Origin: Dehalococcoidia bacterium
GTDB taxonomy: Bacteria > Chloroflexota > Dehalococcoidia > Lucifugimonadales > UBA3495
Length of the DNA: 57,526 bases
NCBI GenBank assembly: GCA_030740155.1
Contig: JASLXV010000059.1
Location: 1 to 57,526 of the forward strand
Reading direction: 5' to 3'
Shown here: piece after piece, positions 20,954 to 29,266 of the stretch
Layout of the letters: every line of letters begins with the position of its first letter
How positions within the stretch are numbered: position 1 is the stretch's first letter
The notes under the pieces: model-generated
Database searches by the model: none
What the model was told of the DNA's origin: nothing
What the model saw: the letters and a program-made list of their open reading frames with translations, nothing else
Translations under genes and position numbers: made by a program

Positions 20954-22294
20954 ATGGAATCTGCTCTCATTGCCATCGGGACTTTGGTCCCAATGCTGTT
21001 GTTCCTGGTGGTCGTGCATGAGGCCGGCCACTTTTTCACGGCCCGCGCCTTGGGGGTAAAGGTCCTGGAGTTCGGTGTAGGCTTTCCACCCCGGGCCTTC
21101 GGCCTTTACACCGGCCGGACCAGGGTGCTCATCGACCCCGACACCTCTTTCGTCAACCTGGAAAGCCTGGCGGACCTGCGGCCGGGACAGATCGTGAAGG
21201 TCAGCTCCACCGAAGACACCCACGGCAACCTGGTGGCCCGGATCATCGAGGTGCCGGAATCCCGGCGAGGCCCGGTGAGCCGGGGCGCCGGCACGGAAGT
21301 CTTCCAAGAGAGCCTGGAACCCGAAGGGCTGCTCAAGCACGAGGGCAAGGTGCGGGCAGTGGAGGCCGGCTCCTTCATCCTGGCGGACATGCTCTACTCC
21401 GTGAACTGGACTCCGCTGGGAGGGTTCGTTCGAATGGCGGGAGAGAGCAACCCGGACGTGCCCCGCAGTCTGTCCGGCAAGGGAGTCGGGACCCGTTTCG
21501 TGGTGCTGGTGGCGGGACCGTTGATGAATGCCATCCTTCCCCTGGCCATCTTCACGGCGCTCTTCATGATCCCCCAGGACGTGACTGTTGGCCGGGTGCT
21601 GATTTCCGAGATTGTGGCGGAGTCTGCCGCTGAAGAGGCGAATGTTCAGCCCGGTGACCTGGTGGTGCTGGCCGGTGGACACGAGATCGAGACCCGGTTG
21701 GACCTGACCCGGGCCATCGCCCTCAACGGGGGCGCCGAGATGGAGTGGCTGATCATCCGCGATGGAGTGGAGCAGGTCACCTATGTGAAACCCAGGTTCA
21801 ATTCATCCGAGGGGCGGTGGCTGGTCGGCGTCTTGCCCACGCTGATCGACACGCGGATGGTGAGCCGCTCCCAGCCGATATGGGAGGCGGTCCCGGAAAG
21901 TTTCGTCAGCACCTGGGAACTCATGGTGCTGGTGAAACAGACGATCTTCGGTGCGATTTCCGAGGGTGGCACCCCGGAGCTGTCCGGTCCTATTGGTATC
22001 GCCCAACTCACCGGGGAGGTTACCCGGGAGGGAGGGCTGACCGGTTGGCTGGCCGTTACCATCCTATTGAGCATCAACCTAGCCATCCTGAACATCTTGC
22101 CCATCCCGATGCTGGATGGGGGACGGCTGGTGTTCGTGGTGATCGAGTGGCTGCGCCGGGGCAAGCGGGTGCCGCCGGAGAAGGAAGGGATGGTCCACCT
22201 GATCGGCTTCGCCCTGTTGGTCGCGGCCATCCTGGTAATCAGCGCCAACGACATCAACCGGCTGATCCAGGGAGAAAGCCTGCTGGGCGGGTGA
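20954..22294 (+). CDS. rseP: RIP metalloprotease RseP (M50) with PDZ domain and an extra insert
   Basis: HEAGH, PLGGFVRM, AGPLMN, SGPIGI, NILPIPMLDGG, and position after dxr. Confidence 0.93.
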   Translation: MESALIAIGTLVPMLLFLVVVHEAGHFFTARALGVKVLEFGVGFPPRAFGLYTGRTRVLIDPDTSFVNLESLADLRPGQIVKVSSTEDTHGNLVARIIEVPESRRGPVSRGAGTEVFQESLEPEGLLKHEGKVRAVEAGSFILADMLYSVNWTPLGGFVRMAGESNPDVPRSLSGKGVGTRFVVLVAGPLMNAILPLAIFTALFMIPQDVTVGRVLISEIVAESAAEEANVQPGDLVVLAGGHEIETRLDLTRAIALNGGAEMEWLIIRDGVEQVTYVKPRFNSSEGRWLVGVLPTLIDTRMVSRSQPIWEAVPESFVSTWELMVLVKQTIFGAISEGGTPELSGPIGIAQLTGEVTREGGLTGWLAVTILLSINLAILNILPIPMLDGGRLVFVVIEWLRRGKRVPPEKEGMVHLIGFALLVAAILVISANDINRLIQGESLLGG

Positions 22295-22557
22295 CCGGCC
22301 CTGCCTCTTCTCGCGGCCCCTTCGGCGCCTTGGCTAACCCCATTGCCATAACCCTTTCAGGGTCCACCTTTGCTTTCGCTTGCCGAGCTTTGATTCCTAC
22401 GGGTACGGTGGCGCGACCCTTTCGCTTTCGTGTACCATTACCCTGGTGTCCGGCGTCTGGCGGCACGTGTGACTTGGGGCGCCGGTGATATTGCGGCGAG
22501 ATTACCTGGAAGGCTGGGTTTCGCCCTTGGATTGTTGGATTGTGTTGAGAGCGAGTA

Positions 22558-23691
22558 ATGAATAAGCGCCGTCCCACCCGGCCGGTCTACGTGGGCGGCG
22601 TCAAGGTCGGCGGAGGGGCCGACATCACCGTCCAGTCGATGACCAAGACCGATACTCGGGACGTGGATGCCACCGTCCGCCAGATCCACGAGCTGGAGGA
22701 GGCGGGCTGCGAGATCATCCGGAGCGCCGTGCCCGATATGGAGGCGGCTCAGGCCATCGGCGAGATCAAGAAGCGGATTCACATCCCGCTGATCGCCGAC
22801 ATCCATTTCCACTACAAGTTGGCCCTGGAGTGCGTGAAGGGTGGCGTCGACTGCCTGCGCCTCAACCCCGGCAACCTGAGGGACGAAGGGCACGTGCGGG
22901 AGGTGGTTCGGGCCGCCAAGGAGCGGGGCATTCCCATCCGCATCGGCGTGAACTTCGGCAGTCTGCCCCCCGTGGGCGGCATCGGACGCACCAAAGGGTT
23001 TTCCCGGCACCTGGACCTGGTGAACAAGCTCCCCAAGGCCGGGGAAGGCCGGAAAGGTGAATACAGCGCCGTCGATCACATGCTGGCGACCGCATTGTGG
23101 GAGATCAGCCTGCTGGAGCAGCAGGACTTCGACCACATCAAGATCTCGATGAAGGCCTTCGACGTGCCGACCACCGTGGAGGCCTACCGGCGCCTGGCCG
23201 GGATGGTCCCCTATCCGCTGCACCTGGGCATTACCGAGGCCGGCACGGCCCAGGCGGGGTCCATTCGCACCGCGGTCGGTCTGGGCGTGCTTCTCTACGA
23301 GGGTATCGGCGACACCATTCGCGTGTCCCTGAGCAGTGACGCCAGGGACGAAGTCGAAGCCGGATACGATATCCTCAAATCCCTCAACTTGAGGCGGAAA
23401 GGCGCCGTCCTGGTGGCCTGCCCCAGTTGCGGCCGGGCCGACGTTGACGTGGTCAAGCTGGCCAACGAGGTGGATGCCCTGCTCAAGCGCAGCAAGAAGA
23501 GCGTCAAGGTGGCCGTCATGGGCTGCGAGGTCAACGGCCCCGGAGAAGCCAAGGATGCCGACGTGGGCATCGCCGCCGGGGCGGGCCGGGCCGTCATCTT
23601 CCGCAAGGGCGAGAAGGTGCGGGTGGTGCCCGGCGAGGAGATGCTTTCGGCGCTGATGGAAGAAGTGAATAATACCCCGGAGGCGCCATGA
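22558..23691 (+). CDS. ispG: HMBPP synthase
   Basis: VQSMT, ADIHF, RLNPGN, HLGITEAG, CPSCGR, MGCEVNGPGE. Confidence 0.97.
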   Translation: MNKRRPTRPVYVGGVKVGGGADITVQSMTKTDTRDVDATVRQIHELEEAGCEIIRSAVPDMEAAQAIGEIKKRIHIPLIADIHFHYKLALECVKGGVDCLRLNPGNLRDEGHVREVVRAAKERGIPIRIGVNFGSLPPVGGIGRTKGFSRHLDLVNKLPKAGEGRKGEYSAVDHMLATALWEISLLEQQDFDHIKISMKAFDVPTTVEAYRRLAGMVPYPLHLGITEAGTAQAGSIRTAVGLGVLLYEGIGDTIRVSLSSDARDEVEAGYDILKSLNLRRKGAVLVACPSCGRADVDVVKLANEVDALLKRSKKSVKVAVMGCEVNGPGEAKDADVGIAAGAGRAVIFRKGEKVRVVPGEEMLSALMEEVNNTPEAP

Positions 23692-25391
23692 GATTTACCC
23701 GTCTGGTATCCAAAACCCTCCGGGACGATCCCCCCGAGGCCGAGACAGCCAGCCATCGGCTGATGCTGAGGGCGGGCATGATCCACCAGGTGGCCGCGGG
23801 GGTCTACTCCTACCTGCCCCTGGCCTGGAGGTCCCTTCGCAAGATAGAAAACATCATCCGGGAGGAGATGGACGCCGCCGGGGGCCAGGAGTTGATGATG
23901 CCCAGCCTGCAGCCCGTGGAGCTGTGGGAGCACACCGGCCGGAAGGCCGCCTTCGGTGATAGCTTGTTCTCCCTTGAGGACCGGCGGGGACGCCCCATGG
24001 TCCTGGCCCCGACTCATGAAGAAGTGGTGACCGGCATCGTCAAAGCCCACGTCCAGAGCTACCGCGATCTGCCGCTGATCCTGTACCAGATACAGACCAA
24101 GTTCCGCGACGAACCCCGGCCCCGCGCCGGGCTGGTGCGAGTGCGGGAATTCGATATGAAGGATGCCTACAGTTTCAACGCCGACGACGATAGCCTGGAT
24201 GACAGCTACCAGGCGATGGCCCAGGCCTACCGCAACATCTACCGCCGGTCCGGATTGCCGGTCCTGATGGTCGAGGCGGACAGCGGGGCCATCGGCGGCA
24301 AGAACTCCCACGAGTTCATCCTGCCCGCTACGTCCGGCGAGGACACGGTCATCATCTGTTCCGGTTGCAGCTATGCCGCCAACGCCGAAAAAGCCGCGGC
24401 GAGCTATGTGGAGCTTCCTGCGGAGCCCGAGCAACCACTGGAGGAGGTCAGCACACCCGGGGTCAAGACCATCGCCGGTTTAGCCCAGTTTCTGGGCGTT
24501 CCGGAGGAGAAGACCTTCAAGGCGGTCTTCTACATGGCAGACGATGAACTGGCGTTCGTGACCATCAGGGGAGACCTGGAGGTCAATGAGATCAAGCTCA
24601 AGAACGTCCTGCATTGCAGCCAGTTGCGGCTGGCGGGCGACGAAGAGGTGAAAGCCGCCGGGCTGGTGGCCGGCTCCGCGTCAGCCATCGGGCTCAACGG
24701 GGTCCGGCGGGTCGCCGACCCGTCCATAACTCAGGGCAGCAACTTCGTGGTGGGCGCCAACAAGCCCGATACCCACCTGCGCGGCGCCAACTACCCCAGG
24801 GACTTCCAGGTGGATATCCTGGCCGACATCGCCCTGGCCCAGCCCGGCCAGCTTTGTCTCGAATGCGGCCGGAAGCTGGAATCCACCCGGGGCATCGAAG
24901 TCGGGCACATCTTCAAGCTGGGCACATTTTTCAGCGATTCCATGGGCGCGCAATACCTCGACCGGGATGGCCGTCAGCAGCCGATGACCATGGGGTGCTA
25001 TGGCATCGGGGTCGGCCGGCTGCTTGCCGCGGCCATCGAGCAGAACCACGATGAGCGGGGCATCGTCTTTCCAGCTCCCCTCGCTCCCTACCAGGTGCAC
25101 CTGGTGGGACTGAATCTGGCCCAAGAAGACGTCGCCGGCGCCGCCGACAGCCTGTACCAGGAGCTTTGGGAGCAGGGCTTCGAAACGCTCTACGACGACC
25201 GGCCCGACCAGGCCGCCGGGGTGAAGCTGAACGACGCCGACCTCATGGGTCTGCCGGTGCGTCTGGTGGTCAGCCCGCGCAACCTGAAGAATGGGGTGGT
25301 GGAGCTAAAAGGGCGCCAGGAGACCGAGGCCGTGACTGTCGCCGCGGACCAGGTGGTGGCCACCCTTCGGCAGTGGCTGAATTCTCACTGA
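23688..25391 (+). CDS. proS: Proline--tRNA ligase with INS editing domain
   Basis: LAPTHEE, KFRDEPRPRAG, IEVGHIFKLG, MGCYGIGVGR. Confidence 0.98.
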   Translation: MRFTRLVSKTLRDDPPEAETASHRLMLRAGMIHQVAAGVYSYLPLAWRSLRKIENIIREEMDAAGGQELMMPSLQPVELWEHTGRKAAFGDSLFSLEDRRGRPMVLAPTHEEVVTGIVKAHVQSYRDLPLILYQIQTKFRDEPRPRAGLVRVREFDMKDAYSFNADDDSLDDSYQAMAQAYRNIYRRSGLPVLMVEADSGAIGGKNSHEFILPATSGEDTVIICSGCSYAANAEKAAASYVELPAEPEQPLEEVSTPGVKTIAGLAQFLGVPEEKTFKAVFYMADDELAFVTIRGDLEVNEIKLKNVLHCSQLRLAGDEEVKAAGLVAGSASAIGLNGVRRVADPSITQGSNFVVGANKPDTHLRGANYPRDFQVDILADIALAQPGQLCLECGRKLESTRGIEVGHIFKLGTFFSDSMGAQYLDRDGRQQPMTMGCYGIGVGRLLAAAIEQNHDERGIVFPAPLAPYQVHLVGLNLAQEDVAGAADSLYQELWEQGFETLYDDRPDQAAGVKLNDADLMGLPVRLVVSPRNLKNGVVELKGRQETEAVTVAADQVVATLRQWLNSH

Positions 25392-25461
25392 CCTTTTCAC
25401 CCATCTCGCTGGATAGGCTCCTGGTAAGTATTCCAATACCCTGAGTGCCGGCTCCAGCGGT

Positions 25462-25530
25462 CCTTCGACGGGCTCAGGACGAACGGATAGGGCGCTCCTG
25501 CTCCGTTCGTGGTGAGCTTGTCGAACCACC
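25462..25530. repeat. Inverted pair of REP-like repeats, same family as 11929-12099
   Basis: ccttcgacgggctcaggacgaacgg ... ccgttcgtggtgagcttgtcgaacca. Confidence 0.8.
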
Positions 25531-25571
25531 TTTCGAGATAGGCTCTTAGTTCTGGTCAGCCTGGTTCCCGG

Positions 25572-25967
25572 CTAAGCCTCGGCCGTCGCTTCGATCTCCA
25601 CCAATAGCTCGGGGAATGCCAACCGGGTCACGCCCAGAAGAGTGCTGGCCGCGCGGCAGTCGGCCTTGCCGAGGCGGCGTCCCAGAACCTCGGCAGCTTC
25701 CATGAGCCCGTCCACGTCGGTAGTGTAATAGTTCAGGCGCATCACGTCCGACAGTTTGAAGCCTGCCCCGCTCAACACCGTTTCGAGATTGTCCAGCGCT
25801 TGATTGATCTGGCCGGCCATGTCGCCCGCCCGTACCGGGCTTCCGTCGGCGTCGACAGACGTTTGCCCGGAACAAATTAGCCTGCGCTGGACGCCACTCA
25901 CCTCGTTGGCCTGGACGAATCCGAGTTGGTCCTGCCAGGTCCATGGATTGATGATCCTCCGCTCCAT
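25572..25967 (-). CDS. Rid (YjgF/YER057c/UK114) family protein, copy 1
   Basis: MERRIINPWTWQ...ICSGQ...LDNLETVL...STLLGVTRLAFPELLVEIEATA. RBS aaggagg. Confidence 0.88.
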   Translation of the reverse strand: MERRIINPWTWQDQLGFVQANEVSGVQRRLICSGQTSVDADGSPVRAGDMAGQINQALDNLETVLSGAGFKLSDVMRLNYYTTDVDGLMEAAEVLGRRLGKADCRAASTLLGVTRLAFPELLVEIEATAEA

Positions 25968-26223
25968 GCGCGCCTCCTTCAAGGGGTCTGTTTCCCAACC
26001 ATCATGAAATTCCGGCCGCCCCGTGGGTCTTGGGAAATAGGCCCGCATTCCTGGCCCTGTGGCGTGGGCTGATCGGCGGAACACGAAAACGCTTTGGCCA
26101 ACCGGGAACTTGCGTTGGGTTTCTACAGTATCCCATTCGGGCGACGAATAAGGCAAGGCAGGGGTGCCTAGCGCAACGATTTCCGGGAGAGGTAGGAGTG
26201 CTCCCCCTTGGGCTGGATCCCGG

Positions 26224-26619
26224 TTACGCCTCGGCCGTCGCTTCGAGTTCTATCATGAACTCGGCGGACGCCAGCCGGACTACGCCCAGGAGGGTGCTGG
26301 CGGGCCGGCAGTTGGCGGCGGCCAGGCGGCGGCCCGACGCCCGTGCGGAGGCGAAAAAGAGATCCACGTCGGTCGTGTAGTAGTTCAGGCGCACCACGTC
26401 CGATAGGCTGAATCCAGCCTCACGGAGCACCGTTTCCAGGTTGTCGATCGCCTTATCGATCTGGCCGGCCATGTCTCCGACACATACCGGCTTGCCGTCG
26501 GCGTCGGTGGCGGTCTGTCCGGCGCAGATTAGGCGGCGCTGAACTCCGCTGACCTCATTGGCTTGGACGTAGCCGAACCGGTCCTGCCACGTCCACGGGT
26601 TGATAATCCTCCGCTCCAT
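26224..26619 (-). CDS. Rid family protein, copy 2 (tandem paralog)
   Basis: Same length as copy 1 (131 aa) with near-identical N-terminus and motifs. RBS aaggagg. Confidence 0.88.
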   Translation of the reverse strand: MERRIINPWTWQDRFGYVQANEVSGVQRRLICAGQTATDADGKPVCVGDMAGQIDKAIDNLETVLREAGFSLSDVVRLNYYTTDVDLFFASARASGRRLAAANCRPASTLLGVVRLASAEFMIELEATAEA

Positions 26620-26792
26620 GTTCGCCTCCTTCAGGGGGTCTGTTTTCCAACCAGCCAATCGGTGTTCCCACAGGTCTTGTGCTTGCTTTCTGTGATAGAC
26701 CCTCATTCCCTTACCGATGGCGTGGATCAGGATTCCCCCAAGTATCCCATGCCGGCGGCGGCCGGGGCCAGGCTGATGGCGTCGAGCGGAAG

Positions 26793-27269
26793 CTACTTCC
26801 GGGACAGGTGGTAGTGGCCGACGGCGATGGCCTCCCACTCGTGGACCGTCTTGGCCTGGCCGATCAACCCCAAGCTCACCATGACCTCGTAGGCCAGTTC
26901 GTCTTTGGAGGTGTTGGGGCGCCCGGTGATGGCCACGCGCACCTCTTGAGTGGTGTAGGAGTAGAGGCGAAGCAGGTGACTCTTGGACCATTGGATCAGC
27001 GCGCCGTCCAGCAGTTTCAGGGCGGGGACCGGCCAGTGGATACCCGAGGGCTGGCTGTGGGCCACCGCACCGGGGCGGCATTGCTCCACCAGACGGTCCA
27101 GGGCCTCGACCAGCCGGGAAACGCGGGTTGACGCGTCCAGGCCGCGCCGGCCCGCCGAGCCAATAGTCCCGGTGGTCACCGGCACGCCGTCGCGGAAAAT
27201 GGCCCACCCGGTCTCTCGCACTCCAGCCTCCAAAGCTAGCAGCGTGGCTGGTTGGTCCGAGGCGGTCAC
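26793..27269 (-). CDS. RuvC-like (RNase H fold) protein with altered catalytic residues
   Basis: LLALEAGVRETGWAI (cf. ILGIDPG..TGY), CRPGAVAHS, YSYTTQEVRVAITGRPNTSKDEL (cf. Y.P.qvK.aitG.G.A.K), HEWEAIAVG (cf. DaaDAlAiA). Confidence 0.75.
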   Translation of the reverse strand: MTASDQPATLLALEAGVRETGWAIFRDGVPVTTGTIGSAGRRGLDASTRVSRLVEALDRLVEQCRPGAVAHSQPSGIHWPVPALKLLDGALIQWSKSHLLRLYSYTTQEVRVAITGRPNTSKDELAYEVMVSLGLIGQAKTVHEWEAIAVGHYHLSRK

Positions 27270-27574
27270 GTTTGAAGCGCCAGGGAAATAGACCCAGCGA
27301 TCTGCCGGATGCCTGCCCCCGGATCGGGCCGGAGCAAGTCAGGAATCGGTGAGGAATCCTCGCTCCCAGCCCACGGCCCTCCGGAGACGCGGATTGCGGT
27401 TTTGATCTCTTCGTCTTGACGGTCCGGATGCTCGCCCGGCCAACACGGTGAGGCGGCCGGTCGGTACAGTCCCGTATAGTAATAAGTACCACATTGCAGG
27501 CAGAGCCAGTCGCCTTCGTCCAGCAACAGGTCTCCCCGGCATTTCGTGCAGGCTTTGAGACGAAACAAGTTCAT
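27266..27574 (-). CDS. Small Zn-ribbon protein
   Basis: MNLFRLKACTKCRGDLLLDEGDWLCLQCG (two CxxC). RBS gaggtg. GTGA overlap with the RuvC-like gene. Confidence 0.8.
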   Translation of the reverse strand: MNLFRLKACTKCRGDLLLDEGDWLCLQCGTYYYTGLYRPAASPCWPGEHPDRQDEEIKTAIRVSGGPWAGSEDSSPIPDLLRPDPGAGIRQIAGSISLALQT

Positions 27575-27795
27575 GCTCACCTCTTGGCGGAAGGTTGGTC
27601 CGGCTGGTCTGTCCGCCAGACATCCGAGACAGTGCAGTTGCCAGATGCCAAGCGCGGGGACCGTAGAGGGGAGCAAGGCGGGAACATTTCTTCGGCGCGG
27701 CCACGCTCCGCGCCGATCCGCGCCGTTGCCTTGCCCGTGGCAGACCTGGGAGGCGGCGCTGGAACAGTCGCGGCCCGCCTGGGTGGTTGAGTATC

Positions 27796-27824
27796 ACGTT
27801 AACAGAACAAACGTTCTAATTCAA
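27796..27824 (-). promoter_or_regulatory. Sigma70 promoter with a LexA (SOS) box at 27804-27817
   Basis: Minus strand reads TTGAAT-17 bp-TAACGT with an extended TG. The spacer contains AGAAC-N4-GTTCT. Confidence 0.8.
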
Positions 27825-27919
27825 GCTCTGGCTGTCAGTCTTGGGCTCGAAAGTGACGGGTCCGGGAGGTCTCGATTCTCCGGGACGGTGGGTCCCGGGG
27901 TTACCGGCGGGCAAGCGCC

Positions 27920-27948
27920 TTGACCCGCCTAGCTACGATTCCTATAAT
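27920..27948 (+). promoter_or_regulatory. Sigma70 promoter of pheST
   Basis: TTGACC-17 bp-TATAAT. Confidence 0.8.
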
Positions 27949-28009
27949 GGCGTGGCGGAACACAACTATGTTTTGTCACGGGAGTGACCAGAGAAGAGGG
28001 TGAACCACG

Positions 28010-29068
28010 GTGACCGACGGCACAACCCAATCATTTGAGGAGCTAACCCGGGCTGCGGTCTCCGAACTGGAGAGCATTGACAGCCCGGACTCGCTGGAGA
28101 CGTGGCGGGTGGCCTACCTGGGCCGCCGGGGCCGGTTGACTCTAATGCTGCGAAGCCTGGCCCAAATGGACCTGGACCAGCGGCGGACCGCCGGCGCTCT
28201 GGGCAACCAGGCGAAACGAACCCTCGAGGAACGGCTGGAGCTGCGGTCCCAGGAAATCAGTGAGGCCCGGCTGGCCCGCTCCGCGTCGGAAGATAGGCTC
28301 GACGTCACCCTGCCCGGCCGGCCGGTTACGATTGGGCGGCTGCATCCCACGACGCAGATCATCCGGGAAATCTGCGGCGCCTTCACGGCCATGGGGTTCT
28401 CGGTGGTCGAAGGCCCGGAGGTGGAGTGGGACCACTACAACTTCGAGATGCTCAACATCCCCCTGGGCCACCCGGCGCGAGACATGTGGAGCACGATGTG
28501 GATCGACTACAGCAACGCCGCCGGGGAGCACCCCATGCTGCTCCGCACCCATACCTCGCCCGTACAGGCCCGTGTGATGGAAAGCAGCCGGCCACCCATC
28601 CGGGTGGTGGTGCCGGGGAAATGCTACCGGTACGAGGCCACCGACGCCACCCACGAATGGCATTTCTACCAGGTGGAAGGTCTGGCCGTGGATGAGGGCA
28701 TCACTTTCGCCGACCTGAAGGGCACCCTGTACGAGTTCGCCCGCCGCCTTTTCGGCGAGGAGCGCAAGGTGCGTTTCCGGTGCGACTATTTCCCCTTCGT
28801 CGAGCCTGGGGTGGACATGTCCATCGACTGCTTCGCCTGCCGTGGCGAGGGGAACGGCTGCCGCATCTGCCGGGATAGCGGATGGATCGAGATCATGGGG
28901 GCTGGAATGGTGCACCCCAAGGTATTGGCCGGAGTGGGTTACGACCCGGACAAGTACACCGGGTTCGCCTTTGGCCTGGGTCCGGAGCGTATCGCAATGC
29001 TGAAGTACGGCATCGATGACATCCGCCTGTTCTACTCCAACGACCTCCGGTTTTTGCGGCAATTCTGA
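28010..29068 (+). CDS. pheS: Phenylalanine--tRNA ligase alpha subunit
   Basis: [39 protein letters not shown]. Confidence 0.98.
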   Translation: MTDGTTQSFEELTRAAVSELESIDSPDSLETWRVAYLGRRGRLTLMLRSLAQMDLDQRRTAGALGNQAKRTLEERLELRSQEISEARLARSASEDRLDVTLPGRPVTIGRLHPTTQIIREICGAFTAMGFSVVEGPEVEWDHYNFEMLNIPLGHPARDMWSTMWIDYSNAAGEHPMLLRTHTSPVQARVMESSRPPIRVVVPGKCYRYEATDATHEWHFYQVEGLAVDEGITFADLKGTLYEFARRLFGEERKVRFRCDYFPFVEPGVDMSIDCFACRGEGNGCRICRDSGWIEIMGAGMVHPKVLAGVGYDPDKYTGFAFGLGPERIAMLKYGIDDIRLFYSNDLRFLRQF

Positions 29069-29077
29069 TACAATCAT

Positions 29078-29248
29078 TTTGAGCCTTCAGCTTTCAGCCC
29101 TCAGCATTCAGCCCATACAGGGTGGAACCCGCTACCGGTCCTCCGATTTTGCCGGGGAAAGCACGTTAGATTTCGCTGCTTGTCTCTGGACTGCCGGTGC
29201 GGCAGTGAGACTGGTTGCTGACTGCGGACCGCGGACTACCGACCACTT
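29078..29248. repeat. Two degenerate heptamer tandem arrays between pheS and pheT
   Basis: tttgagc cttcagc tttcagc cctcagc attcagc (29078-29112) and gttgctg actgcgg accgcgg actaccg accactt (29214-29248). Confidence 0.55.
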
Positions 29249-29266
29249 GACACTGGCGAAAGGCCT

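Noticed and set aside
26224..27492. 422-aa ORF as a Rid fusion protein
   Set aside because: Its upstream part overlaps the RuvC-like and Zn-ribbon genes in another frame. The real start is ATG 26619 with a strong RBS, matching the paralog.
26793..27574. Split TnpB/Cas12-like nuclease (RuvC plus Zn ribbon)
   Set aside because: The protein follows the compact Holliday-junction RuvC pattern. There is no TnpB helical or WED region, no IS200/605 ends and no array.
27682..27695. Second LexA box (GAAC-ATTT-CTTC)
   Set aside because: It has a mismatch in the core half-site and is not tied to a promoter, so it could be chance.
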